A stretch of DNA of 64,000 nucleotides from a virus. A program made the translations under genes and the position numbers. The stretch spans positions 1 to 64,000 of the IMG/VR virus record IMGVR_UViG_3300000956_000002; one strand, 5' to 3'. Of this stretch, positions 38,283 to 47,308 are shown one piece after another (the first letter of the stretch is position 1; every line of letters starts with the position of its first letter). Under the pieces are notes generated by a model. It made no database searches. It saw nothing but the letters and a program-made list of their open reading frames with translations, and had not been told where the DNA came from.

Positions 38283-38860
38283 GCGTACTTGCGGTGCATC
38301 TTCCCGTGGCATTGACTGCAAAGCCAAATTACATAAAGTGGTTTTGTGTAATCCGGGTGGTGCATTTGAAGAGGATTGGAAGAGGAGCATTTTTCGCAAT
38401 TTGAAAGGATTGGAATAATCCCTGACTTCGCCGCTTTGCGGGCTAGGCTGCGAGCTTTGAATTTGTGCTTATTGTGTAAATAGTAATTTCTGGAGTATTC
38501 CTTCCTCTGTAAATGACCGACTTTTGATTTTAAATGATCTGGAACACGGTTATCCATCCCCCTACATGAAAGCCCGCAATATTTTCTTCTGAGTAAAGCA
38601 GATGGGGACTCGATTGAACCATCTGAATTAGTTTTTCGAACAAGCAAAGAACCACAAAAAAGACAATGTTTTACGGGAGTAGGTTTTAATCGACAACTAA
38701 CTCGACCATCACGCGGTTCTGGCGCGTTCATTTTCCTCCAAAGTTTAGAATCTTTCTTACTGCATTCCTTGCACTTATTAAGGTGACCGTCTCTCATTAG
38801 AGGGTGAGGGTAAAATTCGTCGAGCGATTTTTCGGCACCACATTTGAAGCATATTTTCAT
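38279..38860 (-). CDS. Zn-finger HNH-like endonuclease
   Basis: CxxC..F..DG...CKEC, CEKC..HHPDY.KPL.V.WLC..CH. Confidence 0.75.
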   Translation of the reverse strand: MKICFKCGAEKSLDEFYPHPLMRDGHLNKCKECSKKDSKLWRKMNAPEPRDGRVSCRLKPTPVKHCLFCGSLLVRKTNSDGSIESPSALLRRKYCGLSCRGMDNRVPDHLKSKVGHLQRKEYSRNYYLHNKHKFKARSLARKAAKSGIIPILSNCEKCSSSNPLQMHHPDYTKPLYVIWLCSQCHGKMHRKYA

Positions 38861-38875
38861 TTCAATGAAACAAAT

Positions 38876-38997
38876 CGCCCTTCAAAGCGCCGAACCTCAC
38901 GCGGGCTGACAACCGGCCTGACGGCCTGAAATTTACCCAATTCGGCGCCTTGAAAGGCGGCTTTGCTATCCGGTGTCATTTATCATGGCAGCGTGAG
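38876..38997 (-). ncRNA. C4-antisense-like structured leader
   Basis: 19-bp stem 38876-38894/38941-38959; loop segments complementary to 38970-38978 and 38991-38997. Confidence 0.55.
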
Positions 38998-39058
38998 ATG
39001 CCGACCCCACGGTGAGAGTTTATTGTTTTTTACGCAAGGTTTTTCCGTCAAATTCGGT

Positions 39059-39781
39059 TTACGGAAACTTCTGGTCATGGGTTTTGGGGTTGGGTGCCTG
39101 AAAGAATTCTGAATGCAGTTGCAGCCACGATTGGAACTTGTCCATTTCCTGATGCCGTAAGGCGGTCCAGTCGATTGGCCACCCCATCAACCATTCGCTC
39201 AACTGTGGGTTCTGCTTTCGACCCACATACGTTCCACGGCGTAAGGCTTTCTTCCTGGCGTTGGAACCGCCGCAATTGTCCCGGTCGCTCGCCCGCGGGG
39301 TAGGCCAAGACGAACAATCGTCGTCGCACATGTGGAGCACCAACGGAACATGCTGAAAACACTCCCCATCGCGCATCCATCCCCATTCCGGCAATGTCAG
39401 CAAGGACTCGGTTGAGTCCTCGAATAGCAAGGTCTGACGAGTTTTCAATGAACGCGAATCGTGGTCGAACTTCGCGAATGATCCGCGCGAACTCTCCCCA
39501 CAATCCTGAACGTTCACCTTCGATTCCGACACGGCATCCAGCCGGGCTGATATCCTGGCATGGAAATCCGCCGCAAACGATATCAACGCCGCGCCATGGC
39601 TTTCCGTCAAAGGTTCGAACGTCGTCCCAAATCGGGAACCATGGCAGGATTCCGTCTCGCTGGCGTTGGAGGAGGATTTGGCGGCAGTAAGGTTCAATTT
39701 CGACCGCACAAACAGTTCGATGCCCGAGAAGCATTCCGCCGAGGATTCCACCGCCGCATCCTGCAAATAGGTGTAACTCAT
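39059..39781 (-). CDS. overlapping alternative-frame MTase partner polypeptide
   Basis: 240-codon open frame nested on the MTase; WPTPRASD and NPQLSEWLMGWPIDWT (motif IX-like). Confidence 0.7.
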   Translation of the reverse strand: MSYTYLQDAAVESSAECFSGIELFVRSKLNLTAAKSSSNASETESCHGSRFGTTFEPLTESHGAALISFAADFHARISARLDAVSESKVNVQDCGESSRGSFAKFDHDSRSLKTRQTLLFEDSTESLLTLPEWGWMRDGECFQHVPLVLHMCDDDCSSWPTPRASDRDNCGGSNARKKALRRGTYVGRKQNPQLSEWLMGWPIDWTALRHQEMDKFQSWLQLHSEFFQAPNPKTHDQKFP

Positions 39782-39785
39782 TCAC
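39075..39785 (-). CDS. DNA cytosine-C5 methyltransferase, catalytic polypeptide
   Basis: LFAGCGG, GGFPCQD, ENS, HxRxR, GNGQVP; no motif IX. Confidence 0.9.
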   Translation of the reverse strand: MNELHLFAGCGGGILGGMLLGHRTVCAVEIEPYCRQILLQRQRDGILPWFPIWDDVRTFDGKPWRGVDIVCGGFPCQDISPAGCRVGIEGERSGLWGEFARIIREVRPRFAFIENSSDLAIRGLNRVLADIAGMGMDARWGVFSACSVGAPHVRRRLFVLAYPAGERPGQLRRFQRQEESLTPWNVCGSKAEPTVERMVDGVANRLDRLTASGNGQVPIVAATAFRILSGTQPQNP

Positions 39786-40251
39786 CCCGCTCCTCCCTGA
39801 CGCACTGTTCGTAGGCGGCGCCGAAGATTTGGGCGGATTCAACGCCGTTGGTTTCATTGTCGAGATTGGTGATCGTTATCACGGCGCCTTCCTGGCCTTC
39901 TGGCACGTCGATGATTTCAAAACTCCCCCTTTTGATGTGCTTCGAGGAATCGTTTGCGGGCAGCAATGAGGCAATCCAAGATTGTGGTGTATCCGTTATC
40001 CCCATCGCTACGGCCGTCCGATACGCGGAGTGCAACTGCGACTCCAAAGATCGAATTGCCGCGTTTAGCCACGCCTTTGTGTCGTCGTTTTGGAGGATGT
40101 ATCGCTGGCCGTTTTTCCTCATGCCGATCTTCTTGTCGTTTTTCTTCGACGGGACTCGGCCCAGGTTGCGGATGTGAAGAACCAGCGGCTCCGAGGTTTC
40201 GCTGGATAAACGACTCACTGGCGTTTGGGAATTTGGCGAGGATGGATTCAC
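39778..40251 (-). CDS. RusA-like resolvase, frame A (N- and C-terminal motifs)
   Basis: VPSKKN...AW; NDS..I...EGAVITI; lacks DxDN. Confidence 0.6.
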   Translation of the reverse strand: MNPSSPNSQTPVSRLSSETSEPLVLHIRNLGRVPSKKNDKKIGMRKNGQRYILQNDDTKAWLNAAIRSLESQLHSAYRTAVAMGITDTPQSWIASLLPANDSSKHIKRGSFEIIDVPEGQEGAVITITNLDNETNGVESAQIFGAAYEQCVREERGE

Positions 40252-40258
40252 GAGTCAT
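39917..40258 (-). CDS. RusA-like resolvase, frame B (central catalytic motif)
   Basis: VAVALRV..RSDGDNGYTTILDCL matches RusA RRDLDNLQKAAFDAL spacing. Confidence 0.55.
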   Translation of the reverse strand: MTRESILAKFPNASESFIQRNLGAAGSSHPQPGPSPVEEKRQEDRHEEKRPAIHPPKRRHKGVAKRGNSIFGVAVALRVSDGRSDGDNGYTTILDCLIAARKRFLEAHQKGEF

Positions 40259-40362
40259 CGGTGTAAAAATTTCAATAGGACGAACCAAGCGAAAGCCACG
40301 ACCGGTAGTGCAAGGATCACCAGGCAGAGAATCGCGAGAATGTTTTTGATGGTGTTCATGGC

Positions 40363-40827
40363 TTAAAATGGAACGTCATCTTCGGCGTCAGGTGGTGTGT
40401 CATCCGACGGCGGTGGTGGAGTTGGTCGCGCGGGAGTTGATCTACCTGTCGGCACGCCGGCAGTCGGTGGTCGCGGCGAACTTGGCCGTTCCGAAGAGGC
40501 GGATTGTCGATCGAGAAACTGAATCGAGTCGCCAACGCATTTCAGTTTCGTGTAGGTCTTTCCGTTGGACTCCCACGAATCGAGTTTCAGTCGAGCATCC
40601 ACGTCAACGAGCGAACCGGCTCGGCAGTATTGCGAAATGGCTTCCGCGGTTTTTCCGAAGAAATCGACTTCGACAATGGCGATCTCTTCTTTGTCCTGGC
40701 CTTTGTAATTGTAGGAGCGCTGAGTCTCGATCGAGATCGTCGTCAGCGTCGTCTGGCCGACAGGTTTACTAACTGGCGCTTGCGTGAGGACACCAAGCAG
40801 GGAGACGCGATTTCGGGAGGGTTTCAT
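40363..40827 (-). CDS. ssb: single-stranded DNA-binding protein
   Basis: NRVSLLG, FGKTAE, RLKLDSWE, C-terminal EDDVPF. Confidence 0.92.
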   Translation of the reverse strand: MKPSRNRVSLLGVLTQAPVSKPVGQTTLTTISIETQRSYNYKGQDKEEIAIVEVDFFGKTAEAISQYCRAGSLVDVDARLKLDSWESNGKTYTKLKCVGDSIQFLDRQSASSERPSSPRPPTAGVPTGRSTPARPTPPPPSDDTPPDAEDDVPF

Positions 40828-41934
40828 TTATTCTTTTCGTTTCAACTGTGGTTCCGGTTTCTCGCCGACCTCGACGCACCCGTCTAAAATCTGATCCATC
40901 ATTTCGTCCAGCGCCTTGCCGTAAAGCCCCGTCGCTTTCCAGATCAGCCCTTTGAGCCCACGCGCTTCCTCGCCGTGCTTCTTCGTTTCCTTCTTCGCCT
41001 CGCCCTTCGTGATGCCGCATTCCTGCTGGAAATCTTTGAGCGTCACGCCCAGAGCTTTCACGCGTTCAAATACCTCCGGCAATTCGACGATGGTTTCACG
41101 TGGTGTGCCGTCCTTCAGAAAATAACCAGGCACGTCCTCGTTGGCTTTTAGACGCCTTTTGGCTTCAGCGCGCAAATCGTTCACGATCGCTTCGATGCGT
41201 GGAATGAGCCCAAGATGGACTGAAAGTTCAGCGCCGGTTAGTGCTGGAATTGTTGACGTATCTGTTCTCGATACAGCCAAATTTAGATTCAAGCGTTCAG
41301 GACAACGGAGGCGCGCGCGGCAATACTTGCATTGGCGTTCACCGGGAACCCGCGGCGCATCCGGTATCTCGGCCGCAGCGATGATCTCCTGAATCTTCAG
41401 CAGCGCAGCGCCAGCGGTTTCCAGCGTGTAGGTCGCCGTCTCTTTGATGGCCCCGAAGCGCGGGATAATCGCGACCGTTACCTCAGCAACCCCGTATTTG
41501 TGAATCACGAGGATTGCCAACGTCGCCAACTGCGGATTCTCTGGCGCTGTCGTGACCGGCAGAAACCCGGATTTGAAATCGATGCACAGCGCTTTTCCGT
41601 CCTTCAAATAAACGCGGTCAGGCTGGCCGGAGAAGTCGTCGTTAAACCAGATTCGCTCTTCGGCGATGAAGTTGTTCGTATCAAACCCATGCCGCTCCAC
41701 GAGTTGATGCGCCTTGCGGCTCATGTGCTCGTAGGTGGATTGTTCTTCGCTAGACAGTTCGAGTAGCGCCTCAGTGTCACCCGCCAAGGCCGCGTGGATT
41801 CGTATCCCAGATTCCTTCACGTCCTCGGCGGCGTCGAGTTCTGGAAGTCCCTCCTGAGCATTGCGCGATCCAGGGCAGAGATATGCCTGCTCCACGGCAC
41901 TCGCGCTCATTTTTCCTTGACGTGGGTCGCTCAT
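40828..41934 (-). CDS. PD-(D/E)XK Cas4-like nuclease (DUF2800-like)
   Basis: SAS..CPGS, GQPD, IDFKSG, QL, QCKYC...CP. Confidence 0.8.
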   Translation of the reverse strand: MSDPRQGKMSASAVEQAYLCPGSRNAQEGLPELDAAEDVKESGIRIHAALAGDTEALLELSSEEQSTYEHMSRKAHQLVERHGFDTNNFIAEERIWFNDDFSGQPDRVYLKDGKALCIDFKSGFLPVTTAPENPQLATLAILVIHKYGVAEVTVAIIPRFGAIKETATYTLETAGAALLKIQEIIAAAEIPDAPRVPGERQCKYCRARLRCPERLNLNLAVSRTDTSTIPALTGAELSVHLGLIPRIEAIVNDLRAEAKRRLKANEDVPGYFLKDGTPRETIVELPEVFERVKALGVTLKDFQQECGITKGEAKKETKKHGEEARGLKGLIWKATGLYGKALDEMMDQILDGCVEVGEKPEPQLKRKE

Positions 41935-41935
41935 G

Positions 41936-43237
41936 TTATTTCGCCACCATCCCATCTTCAATGACTACGGAAACCTCTCCGCCGGTTGAAACGCGCTCCA
42001 TCCATACCTGCGCGTCGTTCTTGGCTGCGATGTCGGCAACCATGGCCAAGCTTTCCTCGTCGAGAAGCGAGCCGTCCCGAATAAGGAGCACGCGCAATTT
42101 CGGATTCAATGCGAGCCCAATGGCGATCGATACTTTTGTCTGGTCAGCGGAACTTGCCTGAGAAAATGGAATGCCATTGAAAACAACGTTTCCGCTCGCG
42201 TCGAAACTGAGTCCGGGAATCGGATACTTCGCGTCGGATATCGCCTTCGTTTTTTCAGCTTCAATGGCTTCGAGGCGTGCGGTCAGATCGTCCGCCTTCT
42301 TTTGTTTTTCAGCGTGCTTCTGAGCGGTTGTGGCTCTCTCTTTATTCTTGCGGACCTTCTGGTTTGTTTCGGCAGCCGTGTTGGCTTTGGTTACGAACGG
42401 CGCGAGGTCGATATCCACCAAAGCAGCAACCTCTGCTTCCGTTACAGCGATTAATTTCTTTTGCTCGTCAATATCCTCGACTGCGACGGCCCGCTGGGTT
42501 TCCAGTTCTTTGATGGCCTGGACGAGTTCTTCGATTTGTGCGCGTTTGTCCGAAATTTGTGAGTCAAATGTTGCGAGTCCGCGTTCACTATTCGCAGCGT
42601 CGATTTTTGATTGTTCAAGGCGGGCTCGCCGTCGGGCGTTCAGCGCATTCTTCTCCGATGCTGCTTGCTGCTCCTTAAGGATATCAGCCGTAGAAACTTC
42701 CTCGTCAGGAACGCCGTCGAATTTCGGGTTCGCATCGAGGGCGATCTTGAGAGCTTTCGCTTCCCGATTTACTGCTGTTCGTTCGTCGTAAAGCGACTTG
42801 TATTCGGTATCCTGTTTCGAAAAGTCGAGGCCGACCAATCTGCGAAGCGTTTCCGCCTGGGTGTCAGCGCGGCGGGCGAATTCCAAAGGGTCGAAGCTGA
42901 GTGTTCCGACAAGCTTATCAAGAATAGACTGCGGGCTCGGAAACTTAGCTCCTTCCTTATTTGTGACGACGAGGTTGGTTCCGCCAGCAGCGGTGAACGT
43001 TCTCTTCACGATCAACTCGCCAAGGTCGATCACAACCTCCGCGTTCGGCTGACCGTCGCGCACGGGCTTCTGTGGAAGAGTTGAACCTCCGCCAAGCCCA
43101 TACATTATCGAGTCGAGGACCGACGACTTCCCTTGGCCATTCCTTCCGCCAATGACGACGACGTTTCCATCCGGTGTGATTTCAACCGCAGAAAGACGTT
43201 TAACGTTCTGCGAGTGAAGCCTAATTATTTTGCTCAT
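41936..43237 (-). CDS. AAA/SMC-like ATPase
   Basis: GRNGQGKSS, central coiled coil, LIRDGSLLD. Confidence 0.82.
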   Translation of the reverse strand: MSKIIRLHSQNVKRLSAVEITPDGNVVVIGGRNGQGKSSVLDSIMYGLGGGSTLPQKPVRDGQPNAEVVIDLGELIVKRTFTAAGGTNLVVTNKEGAKFPSPQSILDKLVGTLSFDPLEFARRADTQAETLRRLVGLDFSKQDTEYKSLYDERTAVNREAKALKIALDANPKFDGVPDEEVSTADILKEQQAASEKNALNARRRARLEQSKIDAANSERGLATFDSQISDKRAQIEELVQAIKELETQRAVAVEDIDEQKKLIAVTEAEVAALVDIDLAPFVTKANTAAETNQKVRKNKERATTAQKHAEKQKKADDLTARLEAIEAEKTKAISDAKYPIPGLSFDASGNVVFNGIPFSQASSADQTKVSIAIGLALNPKLRVLLIRDGSLLDEESLAMVADIAAKNDAQVWMERVSTGGEVSVVIEDGMVAK

Positions 43238-43261
43238 GATCTATGGGGTTGATTTTTGATT

Positions 43262-44380
43262 TTACGGTTGAACCGCTTTCAGAATTTCCTCCTTGGCACC
43301 GAGAATCACCTTGGCCTGCTGCATCGTCAGGTCGGTAACATCGGCGGCGCTTTCAGCCCACGTACCAAATTCGCGCGCAACGGCGGCTTGAATCTGCCCC
43401 CATCCGAGATTGTTTTGAACCAACCACTCCGAGAGGCGGGTTTTATCGTTCGCCAGCGCATTGGCCGGTGGGGTCGCGGGCTCGGCCTTCTTTTCCGTTT
43501 TGGCTGCGGGTTCTTTCGGTGGTTCCGCCGCAGGTTTCGTTTCAGCCGGCGGTGGAGTTTCGGTCTTGGACTTGTCGGCGCCGAAGATTCCGGCCTTCGC
43601 TTCCTTTTGAGGCAACGGGAAGGCGGATTCGATAGTAGTTTGCCCATCCTTAATCGCAGACCGAAGTCCGGTGAGAGTTTCCAAATCTTCGAGGTCGATT
43701 TCCTCAATGCCCTTCCGATCAAGCGCGAACAAGATCCGATCCAACGTCACGCCCATTTTAGTGAAAACTTCGATGGCTTTGTCGCGGCGCTCGTTCAAGG
43801 TTTTGGCGTCACCGATAGCGACACGCTTCGCTGCCTCGTAAACCGGCTTCACAAGGACACCAGGCACTACTTTAAATATGGCATCGCGCAGGGCGATGGC
43901 AGAGCAGGCATTGGTCGCGAGATTGATGTCATCGGAATCGGGGCGTTCTTTGAACTTCTTTTTTGTGACAGTCCGGCGCTTCTCAATGCTGATCGCGGAA
44001 TTCTTCTCAAGATCGTGGCATACCGCCTGGATGATTACGTGTGGGTCATCCGTGATGTTGGTTCCGACGATACGGCTGGCCGCGCGTAAATTGCCGTAGC
44101 ACGACAAGGCTATTTCAGCGAGTCGGATAGAAGGACCTTTGATGAATTTCTTGGAGCCATCGTCGTTTTTCCCGCGAGGTAAACTGTAAAAGCACGCCTC
44201 CGCTGTTTCCACATCAAGGGTTGCCATTGTAAGCATCTCCTTTTTGACCTGGGCGATACTGCGAGGGTATTTGCGCGCAGTCGCAATCTGCACATCTATC
44301 TGTGCGCGCTCCATAGCCTCCACTGCTGATGGGGAAGCGGGCATAAGTTCGGCGTCAATTGTCTCGGGTTGATCATTCAT
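43262..44380 (-). CDS. putative recombination/ssDNA-annealing protein
   Basis: IDVQIATARKYPRS, FYSLPRG, GPSIRLAE; next to nuclease and SSB. Confidence 0.55.
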   Translation of the reverse strand: MNDQPETIDAELMPASPSAVEAMERAQIDVQIATARKYPRSIAQVKKEMLTMATLDVETAEACFYSLPRGKNDDGSKKFIKGPSIRLAEIALSCYGNLRAASRIVGTNITDDPHVIIQAVCHDLEKNSAISIEKRRTVTKKKFKERPDSDDINLATNACSAIALRDAIFKVVPGVLVKPVYEAAKRVAIGDAKTLNERRDKAIEVFTKMGVTLDRILFALDRKGIEEIDLEDLETLTGLRSAIKDGQTTIESAFPLPQKEAKAGIFGADKSKTETPPPAETKPAAEPPKEPAAKTEKKAEPATPPANALANDKTRLSEWLVQNNLGWGQIQAAVAREFGTWAESAADVTDLTMQQAKVILGAKEEILKAVQP

Positions 44381-44485
44381 ATAGTTTCGATTTTGAAATT
44401 GATGCTGGTTCTACTCGTGTTTCAACCTCTCGGCTGTCCAAGCCCGACAGAACGTTGCGGTAATCGCTAACTTGGAAAATTGTCA

Positions 44486-44803
44486 TCATTTCTTTGGATG
44501 CGCGCGGAAGTAACGTTCGTGGCCGGCTTCAATCAGTGTTCTTGGGTGAAAACGAAATTCATTTCCGAATTCGATGGCCGGAATTTTGTTCTTTCTCGCG
44601 AGGGTATTCAGCGTCTTAACACTGCACTGAAGCCATTCGGCAGCCTGTTTCGATGTCAGCGTGGCATCCAATTGCGCTTCCACTAGGCCGGCGCCTTTGA
44701 AAAGCGAGGCGAGTCGGGTCAGTAACTTCAACGCTTCGGCGGTCGAAATGGGATCGGCCGTCAAAGTCGTTTTCAGTTCTTCCGCGTGCATCGCCTCGCT
44801 CAT
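44486..44803 (-). CDS. excisionase-like MerR/HTH_17 protein
   Basis: LTSKQAAEWLQCSVKTL..LAR..KIPA..FG..FRF. Confidence 0.78.
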   Translation of the reverse strand: MSEAMHAEELKTTLTADPISTAEALKLLTRLASLFKGAGLVEAQLDATLTSKQAAEWLQCSVKTLNTLARKNKIPAIEFGNEFRFHPRTLIEAGHERYFRAHPKK

Positions 44804-44823
44804 AGGTCCCCACCTGTTTCGCT

Positions 44824-45612
44824 TTATCCTGCGACCAAAAACGGAGTGAGTTTAACTTCGTTGGCGATCGTGGCCCAAATGGAGCGACGAACATCTTCGA
44901 GCAGCGCCGTGCGGCGAATGATCTCGAAATTGAACGTCAACTTTCCTTCGACCAGATCGTAACGGAGCCGAATATCCACCAGGCGCGCAGGTTCGCCTTC
45001 GAGGATCGGAACTTGAATCTGGAACACTGACGGGATTTCAAGGTCGCCACGTTGACCGGCCTTGCCGACGGTCGTTTTCTCGTAGGCCAGTGAAACGTCG
45101 CCATTCTCCAGTCGAATGCCGCTCTTGAAGTTTGAGCTTTGTTCGGCGTGAAGCGTCCGCGCGATGTCCAGCATTTCGCCGCCGGATGGGGCCACGAAAT
45201 CAGCCGTATTGTCCTCGACGAACTCCGCGAACTGCCGCTGATTCATGTTCTGCTTGTTTCGATCATCCCAGGTTTTCCAGCGGTCGGAATAGGTGACGAT
45301 GAACTCGGCGCTGTGTTCAGCCCAACGCGGTTCGTCCGGCGTTGGGGCGTCAATCAACGCCAATGCGCTGCCGCCGCGGCGAACATGGATCTCCGTGCCA
45401 GCGCGCTTGAAGTGGTTCACGTATTCGATGAACGACGCCAAGGCGAGCAGCTTCATGGCGCGCTTGGTGCGCAGCGGATTCGGCAGGAACTTTTCCAGGT
45501 CCTCCACGCGGTTGTCGTGCTTAACGATGACGTACGGGTGGCGTTGAATTTCATCACTCGACTTCGCGCGCAGAACCAAATCTTCGAACTTCTCAACAAA
45601 TGTTTCGTCCAT
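44824..45612 (-). CDS. DUF2303 (YfdQ-like) protein
   Basis: SFIEYVN, QRQFAEFVEDN, FKSGIRLENG, RLRY. Confidence 0.82.
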   Translation of the reverse strand: MDETFVEKFEDLVLRAKSSDEIQRHPYVIVKHDNRVEDLEKFLPNPLRTKRAMKLLALASFIEYVNHFKRAGTEIHVRRGGSALALIDAPTPDEPRWAEHSAEFIVTYSDRWKTWDDRNKQNMNQRQFAEFVEDNTADFVAPSGGEMLDIARTLHAEQSSNFKSGIRLENGDVSLAYEKTTVGKAGQRGDLEIPSVFQIQVPILEGEPARLVDIRLRYDLVEGKLTFNFEIIRRTALLEDVRRSIWATIANEVKLTPFLVAG

Positions 45613-45619
45613 AGTTCCT

Positions 45620-45997
45620 TTATTGGTTCACCGCGCGTTGCATCGGTTGTTCGTTCTGCGCTTCAGCGCCATCAACGACGGCGAACATTTCCGTCTGCTT
45701 TGGATCATCGCGCTGGAGCCCGCCATCCTCGGTGTCGAACATTGTCGTCGCCTTCGGATCGAGTTTGGGAACCTTCGGCTCACAAACAGCCGTGATTTCG
45801 ATGGCGTCAGCGCTAGGCCGAAGCGTCATCTCAATTTTGAGTTTCCCTTTCTTGCCGGTTTTCCGAACTTGCTTCACAAGGTCGGCCAATGTCTGGCTCG
45901 CTTCCGCGACCAGCGCGCCACGCCGAAGTTCGCAAAGGGTTTTCGCGAACGAATTCGACGGAGCAATTTCCGCAGGTGGAGTTTTACTGTTTTTCAT
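45620..45997 (-). CDS. YfdP-like partner of DUF2303
   Basis: LRRG..V..TGKKG.L..L, F.TEDG.L.RDDP.Q. Confidence 0.7.
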   Translation of the reverse strand: MKNSKTPPAEIAPSNSFAKTLCELRRGALVAEASQTLADLVKQVRKTGKKGKLKIEMTLRPSADAIEITAVCEPKVPKLDPKATTMFDTEDGGLQRDDPKQTEMFAVVDGAEAQNEQPMQRAVNQ

Positions 45998-46071
45998 GTT
46001 TTCGAAAGTGACTACGGCTTACGGACCAAAAAGAAATGACTTGCGTAATATACGAAACGATGTATCGTAAA

Positions 46072-46275
46072 TTACTTGGATGACGGTTTGCTCATCTCTT
46101 TGAGCATGTCCTTCTCATCCTTTGCGACTTGCGTGAGCACAGCACGATCACAATACGGCCCGATAGATTCGCCTTTGTGTGCGGCGACAACGGACGCGCG
46201 TCGGTGCGTTTCCAGCGCAAGGTTGACTGTGATGTTTGGGTTCTTTCGTTCCTCAGCAGGGGTGAGCTTTCGCAT
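46072..46275 (-). CDS. RHH-like regulator at Cro position
   Basis: NITVNLALETHRRASVVAAHKGESI; first gene of the leftward operon. Confidence 0.6.
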   Translation of the reverse strand: MRKLTPAEERKNPNITVNLALETHRRASVVAAHKGESIGPYCDRAVLTQVAKDEKDMLKEMSKPSSK

Positions 46276-46290
46276 ATCGTTAAACGGACT

Positions 46291-46306
46291 TTCCGTAATT
46301 TACGGA
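46291..46306. promoter_or_regulatory. operator palindrome in switch region
   Basis: TTCCGTAATTTACGGA between divergent regulators. Confidence 0.68.
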
Positions 46307-46345
46307 TTTACGTCAACACCTTTTTGAAGAAAATTTTTTAAGCCT

Positions 46346-46735
46346 ATGCCTGAAATCAATATAATCCTCAAACATGCCAGAAAATCGCGGGAATTAACGC
46401 TCGCACAGGTGTCGAAAGACACCGGAATACCACTCACGACACTGAACAGTTGGGAGCGCGGGGCGAATTTTCCGCGCGGGAAAAATCGGGAAATCATCGC
46501 GGAATACTATAAGATGCCGAAGGAATCGCTCGATTATTCGCTGGTGAACTCATCTGGTGGCCGAGAGTTCGATATTGGGCAAATCTCGCAGGCCATGGCT
46601 CAATCTGAATACGAGACAAGGCCAGTGATGCTTCATAAGTCTTACTGGAAAATGGCGGAAGATGTTCGAAAGAGCGCTGGCGACGTGGATTTCAATGAGA
46701 TGTTCGCGCGGCTTCTGAAGGCTGAGAGCAAGTAA
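46346..46735 (+). CDS. XRE/CI-like HTH repressor
   Basis: LKHARKSRELTLAQVSKDTGIPLTTLNSWERG..P. Confidence 0.82.
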   Translation: MPEINIILKHARKSRELTLAQVSKDTGIPLTTLNSWERGANFPRGKNREIIAEYYKMPKESLDYSLVNSSGGREFDIGQISQAMAQSEYETRPVMLHKSYWKMAEDVRKSAGDVDFNEMFARLLKAESK

Positions 46736-46834
46736 GTAGGCATTCGGCCACGCGTTGGATTTTCCAGCAGAAGAAAGTTTCGATTTTCTCTTGCTTCGGA
46801 GTTTCCGTAGTATACGATTTACGGAAATTTACGC

Positions 46835-47308
46835 ATGGAGCCAATCAAGCCAATAGCACCGCCAGAAAGTAAAGACGGAAAGTTTCTGTGGAGATTTTGG
46901 TCGAAAGTCGAAAGGAAAGGTGAATGTTGGACCTGGATAAAGCCGGCGATTAACGGCTACGGATATTTTTGGTTTAAAGGGAAATGGATGCTGGCTCACA
47001 GGGTTTCGTATTTTCTAAAAACAGGAATTTTCTTAGACGGGCTCGTTCTTGATCACTTGTGCAGAAACAGAGCTTGCGTAAATCCAGACCATCTTGAGCC
47101 GGTAACTCAGAGGGAAAATGTACTTCGCGGAATTGGGCCGGTCGCTAAGAACAACGCTAAAACACACTGCAAGCGAGGACATCTACTCGAAGGGGAAAAT
47201 CTCATCAGATGCTCTGCGTTGAAGGGGTGGAGGATTTGCAAGAAGTGCGTGGCGGAGAAGCAGTCAAAAAGATACTTCGAAAAAAAGAAACAAAAGAAAC
47301 ATGCCTGA
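46835..47308 (+). CDS. HNH endonuclease
   Basis: CWTW..GYG, AHRVSY, DHLCRNRACVNPDHLE, THCKRGH. Confidence 0.88.
   Translation: MEPIKPIAPPESKDGKFLWRFWSKVERKGECWTWIKPAINGYGYFWFKGKWMLAHRVSYFLKTGIFLDGLVLDHLCRNRACVNPDHLEPVTQRENVLRGIGPVAKNNAKTHCKRGHLLEGENLIRCSALKGWRICKKCVAEKQSKRYFEKKKQKKHA

Noticed and set aside
40828-41934. CRISPR-Cas locus (Cas4)
   Set aside because: No repeat-spacer array or other cas genes seen; context is phage recombination
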